Assembly (NCBI GenBank): GCA_009103225.1
Contig: RHPI01000810.1
Span: 806,001 to 870,000 of the forward strand
Direction: 5' to 3'
Source of the DNA: Chlorokybus atmophyticus
Taxonomy: Eukaryota > Plantae > Mesostigma and Chlorokybus algae
Length of the DNA stretch: 64,000 nucleotides
Numbering within the stretch: position 1 is the stretch's first letter; every line of letters starts with the position of its first letter. The notes beneath the pieces were generated by a model, which was given only the letters and a program-made list of their open reading frames with translations, had not been told where the DNA came from and searched no databases. Position numbers and translations under genes: made by a program. Of this stretch, positions 1-14,076 are shown in pieces.

Positions 1-1928
1 CTTACTTGCTTCGTCAAGTACAGTTGGTGAGTCAAGAGCGTAAGGGCCCATGTCTCGTATGTTGGCGGGCGGCGAGTGGGGCAACGGTAAGTGGTCCGCC
101 TCCGGCGGGTGCAACGTGTTGTGGAAGAAAATCGTGATGGAGTCGAAGTAGAACGAAGGGCGCGCGCTGTTGTGATCCCCCGGGAAATGTATCATATTCT
201 TGTCCCCAGCATAAACTTTACATATGTCTGCAGAATGGTGAGGAAGGATGAAGCGGTCGTCGGTCGCATGGCCGAACAAAGCGGGGATGAAACAGTTGGG
301 TGCTGTCGCTATGCAGTCTAACTTGTTTATATCAAACGCCGCTCTCTGCACAAGAGGACAGATGCTGCAGTTAGGTGATAGAAATACCTTCTCCTGCCAC
401 TAATCAAGGCATATGCTATGTGCACCAGGCACGCAGTAACAACTGCTCAACAACCTGGGGCCAGACACAAGATGGCATGTGCTTAAGCACATATACATAG
501 TTTGGCGATAGTGTGCGATCTGCTCTCACCTTAAGTATGGAGCGTCGCATGTAAGCAAGTGCTAACTTGCACATAGCTTTTGGTACGCGCACGTTGTATG
601 CATCCACCAACTCAAGGACCAAGTCCGTCAAGCGCGAGAACGGACTGCCATGGCCAGAGGTACGTGTCCAGCAAGGCAACAACCAAGCAAATCACACAGA
701 ACTTAATATGCACGCCTTCATGCATACCTGTCCAGCACCATGCCAGCAATGCCTGGATCGGTGCATCCGTAAAGCAAACTCGTGACCGCACCCATAGAAC
801 GGCCCCATAGCCCAATATGCGATGTGCGCCCTGTGCTTCTTAAATGCTGCCAACAGAAGCGCGACACACACATCACAACACGTAAAGCGGACGCAAACAC
901 TGCACAACTATTTTGGCACTCCTGCTCTACCAAACAATCTTGTCAAGCAGTAGTTTCGGTTTGATGTACCTGTACAACGGCTCGGAGGTCTTCTGTTTCG
1001 TGTACCCCCAAGCTGATTGTGTCTCCGCCGGAAAGTCCGGAGCCCGAGAAATCCAGAGTGAAGACGGTGATGTTGGAAGGCAGCAGCACGTACACGGCCT
1101 CATTAGCATCCGCGCGGCAACCACTGTTCCCATGGCAGTACACGACGCATGGCAGCGGCTCATCTACAAAGAAACGAAGACAGCCCTCAACCTAGCCGCT
1201 TTGTGCATTACAAAAACCCAAACAGTCACAGTCGGCGATCCAAGCAGCTAGTTGGTGAGCTTCAACAATGAGTGGCAGCACATAAGCCACACAATGCATG
1301 CCGGATGTAGACACGGCAGCTGCGCAATGGTTCAATGCCTGCATGTCTTTTCTACTTATCTCTCAACATCTCCCCCACTCAGATCAGCAACCACTGGTCA
1401 CAGACCTAGACTTCACAGCATGTCTGCCTAACAGTCAGACACAGTGTTGTGTTGTGTTTCAAGTATACTCAGCCTATACACAAAAGTAAGCACAGGATGC
1501 GCTCTCTCTTTCCTTCCCTCAACGCCCCATTTGCCTGAGCGACTCACTGACTGGGATCTAAGCATGAACCCCATCAGCAAATGCTTGATGTATCAAGTAC
1601 AAGCAATCAGCGATGATAACGAATACACAATCAACACTGTAATTGTTTTGCTGATGATCTGTTGGGTACTTACTAGTGAAAAGTTTTTTGGCTAGAAATA
1701 ATCGCACAAACAACAAGGCGCGTGTGTGTGTTCGCGCCTACCTGGCAGGTCGGCGGGGGTGTAGTGCGAACACTGGAGGGTGTGGCCCCTGGGGTTGGTG
1801 AGCTCCAAGTCCAGCCTCACGAACCGCCGCCCGCGGATGGCGAAGTCCGGGCTGCCGATCAGGTCCCGGGACACCACGTACTCCGCCCTCGGCGGCCGTA
1901 TGACAAAGTTTACGAACTGCTCCAGCAT
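1..1928 (-). CDS. Alpha/beta-hydrolase (plant YqkD/ABHD-like), multi-exon; 3' end runs off the window start
   Basis: Joined exons read MLEQFVNFVIRPPRAEY..., PCVVYCHGNSGCRADA...FTLDFSGSGLSGG, IGLWGRSMGAVTSLLYG (GxSxG nucleophile), IPALFGHATDDRFI, GDKNMIHFPGDHNSARPSFYFDSITIFFHN (catalytic His); GT/AG borders. Confidence 0.88.
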
Positions 1929-4246
1929 GATGATGTGCTGTCTCACTCCCCTCACGCATGGGATGCGACCATCATGCTTACTAGCAGGAATTTATACATG
2001 GTAGGCTACTAAACAGCTGCCTCAACAGCATTTTGCCAAAGCCTGGCCTGGACCGTGCAAACCAACGAGCGTTTATGCTACTGTACTAGGCCATTTACGC
2101 TGCACTGTAGAAACACCATCAACTCTTCAACTTAGCTGGAGCTTGGCCTAGCTTAGCTTAGCTTAGCTTAGATCGGCTTACATCAGCTTCATGGAGTAGT
2201 AGTCGTAGCCTGGTATGCCTTGGCTAAGCGCCCCTGAGCGAATTTGCTTACAAGAAGTAAGTTCAGCTCAGCTAGACAACAGCGTGCGTATCATCCCCGC
2301 CAGGCTTCAGTCTGCGTTGCGGCACGCTCCAACAACACTTCCCCAGACAAACCCCACTACAGGATAGGTGCCTGTGTGCATAAGACATAAACTGTGCGTG
2401 TGTGCGTGTTCACCGCCCTTTTCCAGCTTAAACGCCGCAGGCCCAACAGCTGGCTTAGACAGACGTTGACCTAATGACCTGCCTGAGTGGCCTGGTGGAG
2501 TCGATATCGGTTAGCTCTCAAAATGCATGCTGATATCAGCGTCTGTACTCGATACCGAATGTAAGCTAGTAACAAGCTTTATAATGAACCAAACGCTACA
2601 GACAACTTGGCAACATACAGACAATGATGCTGAATCTACACAAGCCTGATGGATGGACAGATGTTACATGTACCACAAGTTATGGTACACATAACAGCTT
2701 TGGTCCATGACTGATGGTTATTATTGCATCGTGACATCTACTCAACTGCGATTGTCACATTTGGTGACTGAACATGCTTATGCGTAATTAACTTGACATG
2801 CGCATCATGAAAAACTTTTTCAATTGCTCATCTTCGCAGCTGATCGGAATGGAGAAGCGTACATGCCATGTTGATACCGATTGGGTAGCCTTTAATTAGT
2901 AAAGCTTGTGTCAAGGTGACAAATGCGTTACAACTTGTAACTTACAACACGTTGTGTATTAAGCAATCAAATTTTTAAATACACATTAGCACAGCCACGA
3001 TTACCTCCTTGGATTATGTTCGTTGAAGCTTATCATTGCATGACCAACCACTTAATTTCGTCAACATGTAACATTTGCCACGTGCAACCTTTGCGTGTTA
3101 TGTACTGTTAAACAAATAACGAATTCTGGAGCTTAATGCGATACCGTAGTAACGCCAAAGAGTCTTTTAAAAAAGTGTGCATGCACAATGTGTCAATAAT
3201 GGTGTACTTGCACGTGCAATGGAGTACAGTAATATGCAGGTGTTACTCATAGTTCTATATCAACACAAACCTTCACTTATGTTGGTCATATGATTAAGGG
3301 CTTTGTTGGTAATGCAAATAACTCCAAACCACGTATTAGCAAACCTTGATTGTACTCCATACCTGAAGACCATCATAAAGTACGTGGGTGGGCGGATGGG
3401 GGGAATAAGCTTAAGGGATAAGCTTCTAATCGCTAAGCTTGGTTTTAACCAACGAATTGCATATTGTTGTGTGGGAGTCTGCACCCCCTTGAAGTTATGT
3501 GGGTTTTCGACGGGGTCTGTATATATGATTCCGTTATCAGAGCAACATGAAGTGTGGCTAATAAGGTTTTGAAAGGGGGGCCCCTTTATGAGAGGCCGCT
3601 GTTGATTGAGGGGTGCACTACATGCAGAATTGACTACATATTGATATTGGGCAAGCCTGAGCACAAGCATATCCTTAATGAAGAGCTAGCCTTATATCAA
3701 TACCGCATACTTGACGGATTTGATTGACAATTGTTTACATATCCATCAATATTATCCCTGCAACAATGGCAAAAGAGTCTGCAGAATAATATGGATCCTT
3801 ATATATTACATTCTTTGGTATCGGCATCAATTACCTGCACCACTAACTTGACCACGCATTGCAATTGCATGCAACAAGCAAACTCTCAAGCATCTTGCAT
3901 AAGTGCATTCAATCGGACTCAGCTGAAATACAACCCATGAATTCTTTGAGATGCAATTGTTAACATGATGTTGATCGTCGCGCGCCAGCATGCGTTGATG
4001 GCATTGCAGTAAGCAATAAAAACACGCTGCATCTGTTGCAATCGTGCGCCGTGCGTGGCTTCGTCACCCATTGTTGATATGCACTTTGCCAACACCCTTC
4101 AAATGCCTGAACGGTCACAAGCCATTGCTAGAACAGCTACACTACACTACAGCGATATGGACAAAGTAGATCACGACTAGTTGGTTCCCTAGTCACACCC
4201 ACAATCAACCTAGACATAATGTATACATGTGCCCTCCAAACATGCC

Positions 4247-6896
4247 CTATAGCCGCTTATCGCTAATAAGCGAGAAGTTGATGCCGTTCTTGTTGAGGCG
4301 CTCAATGACATCCGTAGAGTACAACACTGCTCCTGATGTGTGCACGCCTGATGCTTGTCCCAGCTTCACGCCACCTCGCCTCCCCAACGCAAGCAAGATT
4401 GCTGCCTGCGTGACAGCAATGGCACACGTCTTGTAACCAAACTCCGGGCCATCGACACGCGTAACTATTTCGCGATCAGGTGGAGCGCTGCCATCAGAAG
4501 GACGCTCCCAGGAATAGCCTCTTCCAATGAACATCATGGTGAAGCTGGCCTCCTCTATCTGCTGTTCTGATGGACCTGAAAGCGTGCGTGACTGTGAAGC
4601 TCCGCCACAAAAAGAGTGTACAAGGGCTAATCTAGCCAGCATGTGAAGGCCGCTGCGACGATTGGTTGCAAACCATGGACACGAATGCATGCTACCTTCA
4701 TGGGAGAACACTCCGGCACTGAAAAAGCCTGGATACCGGAGTAAAAGCTTTGGGCCCCAAGGCTTGCTCTTAGCCAGCCACTGCAAGCAGAGCACGCTTC
4801 ACCATCATGCAGCATGCTGCGTAACAATGCTTGACCGTACTAGACACCAAGATACACACATCGCCATGCTCGCCAATGACAACCTGTTTCCTAGCGCTCA
4901 CCTGAAAAACAGCTCCTGTCACCAGTGTCAAGTACAAATAGTACAAGCTGGACACAGTGAAGTACGCTGCAAAGTGGACAGGTGTAGGCACAGCAGCTCC
5001 TCCTGTCACAGTATGCACATTCAGTAAACAAGCAGCTTGAGCTTATGCTGCTCAAGATGATTCAGTCTATACTCTTTGCCTTGAGTACCACCTGTGCGAG
5101 CAAAGGTCAGCTGTGTGCGCTTGACTATACTGGCGTCGGCACCAGGGAAGGGCAGCGCATATTTGCCAAGTCTGCTCTCCTTGTAGTAGGGCGCCTTGAG
5201 CTCCAGCCGTGGGCCCGGCAGCTTGGGGACGCCCTTGACTGCCGCCAGTTCTTTCCTTACCTTCCTGCCACCCGGAAGAAAACACAGGACTTGTACAAAT
5301 TCCGCACTATTGTTACACCTCAAATTGCATGATCATGACAACCTAGCCATACTAACTACTCATAGTATGATTTGGTACAGCATGCGGCAGTTAGCAGTAC
5401 CTGAGTTCTGAGGCGCTTCCAAAGCCATGAACAGCGCATTCCCATGTTGGAAAGTGCGCCCGTAAGCCTTTACTCCCGGAGTTGATGGTGAAGAAGGACT
5501 CCACAGAGTGAGGCACGCTCGGCGCCTTAAATTGGCTCATCTGCGCATCACAGAATGCACGTTGCAATACATGTTGCACAATGATCCGTCCAAGCAAACT
5601 CAGCATCTCACATTGTGTAAGACACCGATGTCACACGGCAGTGAATCGCCTCCACATGCGGAGATAATCAGGCTTCCGCTCTTTGTCGCAGCGTCGTGGT
5701 AGCAAAGCTCCATGGCCTCTATAAACTCTGGCTCACCGCAGATATCCACATAGTCCGTGCCCTGCGCAATGCACGCCTTCACCAGTGGCTCCCCCCAATG
5801 CCTGCAGGGTGATGCCAATGTGGCATGATGCAAATCAGCTGTGCAGCATATGCATGTAGGGCAAACAATCCCATCAAACATCACACAATGAATGCACATG
5901 TTTGCGCATGTGTGCATGTGCTATTAACCATAGCAGCCAGCGCGTGTACATGTGTGCGCGCTTGTGTACTATACTATACAGGCATGCATGCGTGTAAGGC
6001 ATGAAACAGAGCAGCAACACACATCTTAGGTTGTGACTACTTATTCACAATATGCTATCACCAATGCACACGTCATAAGCGTCAACCAATGGTGCATGTA
6101 TATGAAGGGGAACTGCTTCGGTGGAGTACCTGTACGGGCCAACCGCGGAAATGACCAGTCTCGTCCTTGAGCACATGACTCTAAGACTGTCCTCATACTT
6201 AACATCCGCCATGATCATTGGCAGCTTGGCAGCATCCATGCCCGCTTTCGCCACCGCAGCGCTGAGGGATCCGGCATTCCTGCCGGCGATGCCCAGCCGG
6301 AAAGGCTGGCTCTCTTGTGCGTTGGCGCGCACCAACTCCTGCATTTGCATTACAAGTTGGTGATCGATGAAGGAAACACATCATGAAGAGGCATGCGCTG
6401 GTCTGAATATAGAGGTAGGCCTTGGGAGGGTAACCTTATGTGCAAGCGTTACGAAGTGGTTGCTTTTGCAGACTGAATGCTAGTTCAGTTACTTGAACGG
6501 TGTTCATGGACACTTCCAACATTACCAGTGTGCGTGACAGCCAAAGTGCTTATGCTGCCGGCAAACGGAGTATGAAACTGCAACCCAGCATTGATAATGC
6601 GGGATTGCCCTTTCATCACTTCATGCGCAACAACCTGCCATTCTGCATGTATGAGCATCGCTCGATCACCATGCCCCACCACAGGCACAGTCGACAAATT
6701 GTGTCAGCGTAACTGTTGTAGGCAGACAGGGACATGCACTGACACCCCTGTCATGAGCACGCTGATGGTACTGATGGTAAGTTGCATGCAGCATGCTAGT
6801 TGGGTAGCTTGCTTGATTGCTTGCCTTGAGGATGTGCTGCCCGGTGAAGCCGGAGGCGCCAAACAACACAATGTCAAGCTCCCTGCTGTCACCCAT
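4247..6896 (-). CDS. Saccharopine dehydrogenase-like oxidoreductase (SCCPDH-like), multi-exon
   Basis: N-terminal Rossmann motif MGDSRELDIVLFGASGFTGQ; LGIAGRN; VISAVGPYRY; GEPLVKACIAQGTDYVDICGEPEFIE; SACGGDSLPCDIG; C-terminal VDGPEFGYKTCAI...GGVKLGQ. Confidence 0.9.
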
Positions 6897-7323
6897 GGTA
6901 GGTACTGACCAGCCTTGCCGAACAGGCTTGCTTCACGCGCACTGCTAAAGCACTGTGACTCAGCTGCGTGTCAAGCTAGCTTGCCGGTGCTGCCTGTATG
7001 ACACGCACAAGCATAGACAAGGGTGCAAACGTCAGCTGGTATAGTAGTAGCAATAGTTATACCACAACCAACACAATGCTCTTGCCGCCGCCACCACCGC
7101 CACGTGTCACTTGCATGCACGTGGTTACCCAAACAACCTTAACGACGAAACCCAGTTCAGAAAGCTTGACTTCTGACTGGAGGTGCTAACCGAGGCAAAT
7201 TAGGGCTTGGGTAAAAGTTGTTGCTGCTGTAATTATCGCTGTGGTGGACGGCGAGGTGGGTGGCGTCGGTGTCGTAGGCAACAGGGGAAGTGCGTTACGG
7301 AGAAGCACCGGACCGTCATCGCC

Positions 7324-9182
7324 ATGGATCCCAGGGAGCAGGATTGGATGAGTCCGGCTGTGGAGACTGGGGTAAGCGGTGTGCACAGTGCTTCATGCTT
7401 GGTCCATACTGCAACAGCATGCTGCTGCAGTGCAGCAAGCATGAAGCAAATGGCGGTGTGCTCCACACGCAACATGCAGCATTCTGCTTACTCATGCGTT
7501 CAGAAGTAGCCGCAGGCTGTGGTCGTTGACACACTTGTCAAACGACCGACGCTTCCGTGCTTGCTGTGTAAACAAATCAGTGTGCGTCAATTGCTGGCTA
7601 GACTAGTCAAGCATTTTGCTGTTGACTGCAGACTCTGTAGTTTATGCGGTCACTGTTTATGCGTATATGTATGAAGGGTTGCGAGCCTCATGTACTACAC
7701 AACTTGTGTGTGTATACAGAATAGTAGTGTGTGAGTGTTGTTGTTATGCAGTCGCTGGGAGCGTTTCAAACTTGCAACCTTTTTGTCTTTCACTCAAACC
7801 CTATCTTGTCTTGTCAACTCAGACCACAATCATGGCGGTGGAGTTTGATGGGGGTGTTGTTTTGGGAGCCGATTCGCGCACGTCAACAGGTATGCATACA
7901 CCAGTAAAAGGCAGCCACCAGCCCAAGTTGCTTGCATGACTGTTACCCAAGGCTGAGCTGTAGTATACTTGGACTATATCCAACTTGCTTTCAACCTCAT
8001 TGCAGGCAACTATGTCTCCAATCGCGCTTCAGACAAGATTTCAGAGCTTTGCGACAACATCTACATTTGCCGCTCGGGCTCGGTAAGGTTTTAGAGACTG
8101 TGTGTCTTGGTGGTTGTGTTCTCTTGTGTGCCGCGTAGTATTATCATCATGCATTGTTGCCTGATCCCTTGTGTATTTGTGCGCAGGCCGCAGACACGCA
8201 AGTCATCTCAGATTACGTCCGCTACTTCCTACATCAACACACGTAAGCGCTTAACTATGTGAGGGTTGTGCATCATTATGTTGACCACATTGCAACATCT
8301 GCATGTGCTGCAGTTTAAATGCATACAGTCACATCATCCTGACTTGCACTTAATGCATCAATGTTTTGGCAGGGTGGAGCTCGGAGAAATGGCTGAGGTG
8401 AAGACAGCCGCTAACCTAACAATGCAGCTGGCGTACCAAAATAAGGTATGTTGTTGATGCATCTTTTGGGATGCGCTGCATTGCAGGTTCATCACACAGC
8501 CCAGTAAAGCACACTTCATGATGGGCTGTTTCCTCAATAGGAGATGCTTCAAGCCGGCATGATTGTGGCCGGCTGGGACAAGTACAATGGTGGCCAAGTG
8601 TATGGCATCCCTCTTGGAGGCAGTCTGCTCAAGCTGCCCTTCACCATTGGCGGTGCGTGCATGCAATGCACGCGACGCGCGTTACACTAAGTTCTTTTTT
8701 GTTTTTTGTAACTGACCAAGTGCCTCTAATTTTTAGGTTCTGGATCGTCATACATTTACGGCTACTGTGATGCCGCTTACCGGGAGGGCATGTCTGAACA
8801 AGAATGCGAGGTAAGCAACAACTCAGCGTTGTATGTGAGTTGCACGCATAGCAACCAAGCAAAGTTTAACAAACTTGTTGCATGAATGTACTGATGTTCA
8901 ATGTGCGTGCACAGGACTTTGTATTAAAGGCTGTCTCGCTGGCGATGGCTCGCGACGGGTCAAGCGGAGGCCTCGTGCGAACTGTCACGGTATGGTTGGC
9001 ATTGACGATGCTCGCATTCTTCTGATACAAGCCTGTGACCGTTGAGCTGACCCTTGGTTGCTGTTGCTCTGTGCATGAAGATCAAGAAGGATGGCGTCAA
9101 GCGACAGATGTTCACCGGATCTCAGATTCCGCTATGGTTTGAGGAGATGCCGCCCGCGTTGGTCCCGCCGTCCCTAGCGTAA
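7324..9182 (+). CDS. PBA1: 20S proteasome subunit beta 1 (PBA1/PSMB6), multi-exon
   Basis: Short propeptide [16 protein letters not shown], then [23 protein letters not shown] (N-terminal Thr nucleophile), [44 protein letters not shown]; stop TAA at 9180-9182. Confidence 0.95.
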
Positions 9183-10002
9183 CATGTCTTGAACAATTGG
9201 GACAGAGTGCACGCGTGTGCGTTGATGGCAGGCCTCATAGGGGATGCCAATTGTACATTCATGTGGTTACAGAAGGTGGCTGTACGAGAGCTGTGTGTTG
9301 TTTATCCGCCGACATGATCTTACTTAGCGACGCACTGCTACTTTTGAATGCTCTGGTGTCTGGTAGTGTACATGACTTGGCTTCGTTACTTCGGCCGTAC
9401 AGTTGCTTAGTCACCACAATACACCTTTGTGGCACCAAGCACATTGTATTTGCAACTTGATCCACGTGCAGTCACAACTGCAAACTGATGCAAGGACTGT
9501 CAAAAGTATGAACACAATCCTTGCACTCTATTTATGATACAATCAAAAGGGCAACAACAAACAATGACGCCAAGTACTTGTGTCCAGTCTCTGCCTTCCC
9601 AACTATTCCATGCACGCCTTGCTCCATCGTGGGTGCTCTTGTGCGCCATCATACAACTTCCTCTCACAAGAACCAACTACATGAACTAGTCTTTGTGTGC
9701 CGGGGAAGTCCTGGGAGTCTGCTGCTGCTGTCACTGCAATGAAGGAGGCTGGTCGCTAACCATAGCCGCGGCGCATTGATTGCTGGACACCATGCATGCT
9801 GGTCTGACGGACGGGGCAGGGGCTTGGCGTGTAGGTAGTAGGCAGCCCGGTGGTGAACTGCTGGTGTAGAGTGTAAGCATGGTATGTGCCCACTGCTGCA
9901 TGTTTTGCTGCTATTGTGTTTCACACCTTTCATGCGACTAATCTGGCATACCATCTTTTGTACACATTTGCCCACTAGGAACTTGAGCGCTCGGCCATCT
10001 TG

Positions 10003-11327
10003 ATGGCGGCGGCGGCGGTGGTGCCATCGTGCTCCTATTTTTCCTCGCCGACATCGGCTCTCCTCCAGCGTTCGCCGCTGCCAGCTTCACGCCTTCACCA
10101 TCGTCATCAGCACCCTCCCCTTCACGACCAGCGGCGGCTGTCGTCCTGCTCCAGACCAGGCCAGGTTAGGGCGGACCTGACTGCTGCCGCCGCCGCCATT
10201 GTAGTGGACCTCAGCAGCAGCCCCCTTCCCCTCCTGCTCGCCCTGGCCCCTGAACCCTCCAATGCCCTGTCGTTGCCCACCTGGGCCATACACGTGTCAA
10301 GCGTGGTGGAATGGTGAGCCATGCAATCATGCATGCAGTGACTGGGTGCTACTACGATTGACTGCTGCATTGTCGAGTGGTAGTTTGTAGCACTTAGTGT
10401 GACAAAATACACCTGCCAGTGTAAGGGGTGCACTTCATACTGTTAACTATCCCAGTACGGTAGCTGCAAGTAGTGGAATCAGCATTCTAGCATGTGCTGC
10501 CAACCAAAGCAAGTATGCAGCTTGGTGTGCATTACAAATGTAAGCTTGCGTACTAGGTTGCATGCAGTACGTTCTTCTTGCTCTCTTGTTATGATAATTG
10601 TCGTGTCTTTAACAGGGTCACTGCCATGTTTTTGGTGTACAAGTATGGGGAGCTGCCCGGACGGCAAGCGTGGAAGGGGCTGACTTGGGGCATGGTAAGA
10701 ATAAACCACCACCACCACCACCACCACCACCACCACCACCCACCACTATCACACAACAACAGTGTCAACATGAGGGTTTTCTCAGTGGGCTCTTAATGGA
10801 CTCCATATGCATGTGCAAGCAAAATGTAATGAAATATTCGTCATGAGATTGAGTGTCAACATGTGTGTCATGAAGTATACATGATGCATGTAACTTGTAT
10901 GACAGTGGGGTGCTGTGTCGTGCAGGTTCCGTTGCTCGCAGGTGCTATGTGCGCATGCACTTGGCATCTATTCTACAACTCACAGGAGCTTGAGGTACAT
11001 CATCATCTTTTGACCAACATAGTGTTTGGAATATTGGCTTGTGCAACGATATATGTGTATATAAGGGGTATGGTACGGTGGCAGCATGCATGTGGACAAT
11101 GCGAATGGCATGCATCAGCACAAGCATACAAACATGAGGGTGTGTTTTATACACCCTCATGTTTGCCTTGTTCTTCCCTTAGTGTTTTTTTCCATATCAT
11201 GTTGTTAACTTGTGGTTGTTCGCAGGTGTTGGTTGTATTGCAGGCGGCGCTGACGTTCATAGGCAACGTTACCGTGTGGATCGCTGCATTCCGAATATAC
11301 CAGAGCGACAAGGAGCAGCAGGCGTGA
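10003..11327 (+). CDS. Ycf49-like (DUF2499) protein with putative plastid transit peptide
   Basis: Ser/Ala/Pro-rich N-terminus, then NALSLPTWAIHVSSVVEW|VTAMFLVY...WKGLTWGM|VPLLAGAMCACTWHLFYN|LVVLQAALTFIGN, the conserved Ycf49 motif series. Confidence 0.88.
10705..10746. repeat. (CAC)n microsatellite in a Ycf49-like intron
   Basis: Directly visible acc/cac tandem run. Confidence 0.9.
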
Positions 11328-11958
11328 TATCCATTCTTTTCTGGCCACAACCAAGGGGCTTTCTGCAGTTCTTGTGACCTCGTATACGAACATGTGATAT
11401 ACCATGTGACATTGATTGCACTAGTCTGCTGAGTGCAGCTACATCCAGATATTTGCACACGACACTGCTATGCTGGAGAAGTCAGCCAACCACCATCTTA
11501 TTGTAGCTCTCGAATATTGTTGGAGCCCTGTGAAAGAGCTTCAACTGCACGAGTCCAACTTCTCGGGGACTGCAAACCCCATCGCCTGTACTATGCATAT
11601 CAAGCATGTCGTTCTCTTGGCGAACACTCGGCAGAAGCCTCATAGACACGCCCTGTGATGACAACAATTTGTCATATTGGTTGCAAAGTTTACACTACAA
11701 GCGCTCGTGCTGCTCCTTTCTTGCAGCTGGCTCTCAACTGTAATCATGCACCACATAATGCTGCAGTGCATTCTTTGTACACAGTACACACTTACAGTAC
11801 TGCATTGCAACATTGTGAGACATTAGGCACAACACAAGTAGTTGCAGAAGGAGCATGGCCACAATTAATTCGCAAGCGCCATGCCAACAACCACCTACAC
11901 AATCAACCAATGAGTAAACTGACTGTACACAAGCACCTAAACCTTTTAAGCCTGCCCA

Positions 11959-13349
11959 TCAAGCAGTCTCGAGCAGATGGGTGATGGCGGCGTCCCTGTC
12001 CTCGCCATATAACATAAGAGCGCCGGCCACCGCGGGCGACGAGAAACCCATCTCCTTGATCGCGTTGAAGTGCCGGCAGAAGCTCAGCACCTGGAGTGGG
12101 ATGCATAGATGATGTTGGCAATGGCCATTGGTTTTATGGCTATGGTTGCACTTGTGTTGGTGGCACTACCTTCTCAAAGTTGTCGCCATAGGCAAGAAGT
12201 GCAAGAATGACCTCTTGTCTTCGAAAGCCGTGCTGCGCATACTTTGCAATAACGCGTTCTTGCTCGCTCACCTGTTGACATGCATAGTCAAGGGCTTGTA
12301 TGAAGACACTTGTTGCACGTAGTTGTGCAATTCTATAATGCACATACTGACTACAGGATGCGCAGGCACTGGTCTCAGCGCAGGCACGTATAACAACCCT
12401 CGCAAGTGCACGCGCATACTAAGGTGGACAAAGCGCAACCTGCTAGCCAACGCATCCCACCGTGCAAACAGCAAAGCCTCTCACACAAAACGTACATGTG
12501 GTGTGACGGGCATCTGCGCCATTGCCTCAGCACCCTCGACAGCAGCGGGGCCTGCTTGCCCATGCGTGCCCTCGATGTCGGCAGTGCTGTCCCGCAGCGC
12601 CTCCGCAGCTGCCACAACCCGCCGCTCCAGGTCGAAGTCGAAGACGGGCAAGCTGGCCGGCTGCCGGAAAGACGGGGAACGCCCTAGTTGGCTGGCATCC
12701 CCACGCACGTCCGGCTGTGAAAATTTGACGCATAAGCGCATAAATCGTGCGTAATAAGCTGCATGCAAGCTAATTCATGTGCATCGGGTGTGGGACAAAT
12801 GACAACTGACGCATGGTCAAATGCTTCCACGGCTGGTTAGTAAATGTCAACGACTATTGGAACAACTGCTTACGTAGATTGTGGAATCCGGAACGCACTA
12901 TGCACTCAGTTGGTCGTTTCGGGATAAGTTGTAAAAGCGAAGGTGGGCATTACATGCACCCTTAAGCTCCTCTTAGCAACTAATTGACACTTCATGCTAA
13001 TGATGCGTGAGCGCAACGACGACGCATGCACGTAAGCTCACCGTGATGGTCATGCGATACTCAGGCTTCATTACCACCCGCACACCTGCAAGCGCAGCCC
13101 ACATAATCAGAATGAAGTGATGATTTAGACCGCAGATCAGGCTATGCTATGTATGCATGCATAAGTGCGTCGTGTTCAACAAGCTGCCAGCTCGGCCTAG
13201 TGCCCAGGCAAGGCCAGGCCAGTCGACTCACCTCCAGCACCGCCTGCCGCCGCCGCCGCCGCCGCCGCCCTCACAGGCACCGCCACGGCCGGGGAGGTGG
13301 AATTTACGCGCGGATAAACCGACCCCGTTCGGCCCCCGGCGTACTCCAT
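11959..13349 (-). CDS. UMA + UBA domain protein (UBAP1-like; plant At5g53330-type)
   Basis: Exons MEYAGGRTGSVYPR..., GVRVVMKPEYRMTIT, PVFDFDLERRVVAAAE (UMA-like FDFxLER), VIAKYAQHGFRRQEVILALLAYGDNFEKV, FNAIKEMGFSSPAVAGALMLYGEDRDAAITHLLETA* (UBA MGF loop). Confidence 0.8.
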
Positions 13350-13366
13350 GCTGCCCTAGACTAGAC

Positions 13367-13422
13367 CGGACGAGGCCAGGCCGGACGAGGCCAGGCCGGA
13401 CGAGGCCAGGCCAGGCCAGGCC
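13367..13422. repeat. Short tandem (GGACGAGGCCAGGCC)x3 plus AGGCC units in the divergent promoter interval
   Basis: Directly visible: ccggacgaggccaggccggacgaggccaggccggacgaggccaggccaggccaggcc. Confidence 0.8.
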
Positions 13423-14076
13423 ACGCAAGTCTGGATAGGTTAGGGCCAGGCTAAGCAAGTCAGCTGCACACGGCAAGGACAGCCCAGGCTGAGTGGCCTA
13501 ACAACTGCCAACACGACAAACCTGACCAGCCAGGCCAGACCAAGCCAGGCCGACGTAGTCCTCAGACACCGCTCAGCCGCTCAGCACCAGGCCACAACAG
13601 GTCAAACTCTGGCAACAAACCCTGGCTGGCCTCAGGCAGGGTCGCCGCATGTCACAAGCCGGCAACTCAACAGATGCACAAGCGGTGACCCGGGGAACTT
13701 TGAAACACGTAGCCATCGTATCTCGGACACCGCCGCAGGATAGCGTAACGTAGTTACGCCGCTCAGCATCACGTGACTCTTGCAAGCAAGCCACTCAGGC
13801 GGTGGCGGTGGTCAACACTTGACAAGCTGCCACGTGGTGCGACCTGAGCACTGCTAAGGTTGCACCCGGATGCTGCGGTAGTTCATCACTCACCTTAGAC
13901 ACCTCCCTCACCTTCAAGTGCTTAACACACCTGTTGAGAAAGGGTGGTGTGGTAGTGGAGCGTTGGTTTATCACTCACCTCATAGTAAAGTGAAGTGAGA
14001 AACACAGCTGCTGAGAGTTTGGCAGCAAGTCGTATTTTCACCTGCAGTGCGAGAGGTTTAATCAGTTGGTCAATAG

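Noticed and set aside
2000-4200. AT-richer intergenic stretch with ORF 3260-3670 and a short (GCTTA)n run near 2148
   Set aside because: No recognisable domain, termini or splice structure. Possibly an old TE remnant, but nothing supportable.
11470-11658. 62-aa ORF between the Ycf49-like and UBAP1-like genes
   Set aside because: Short, no motif, lies in convergent 3' UTR space.
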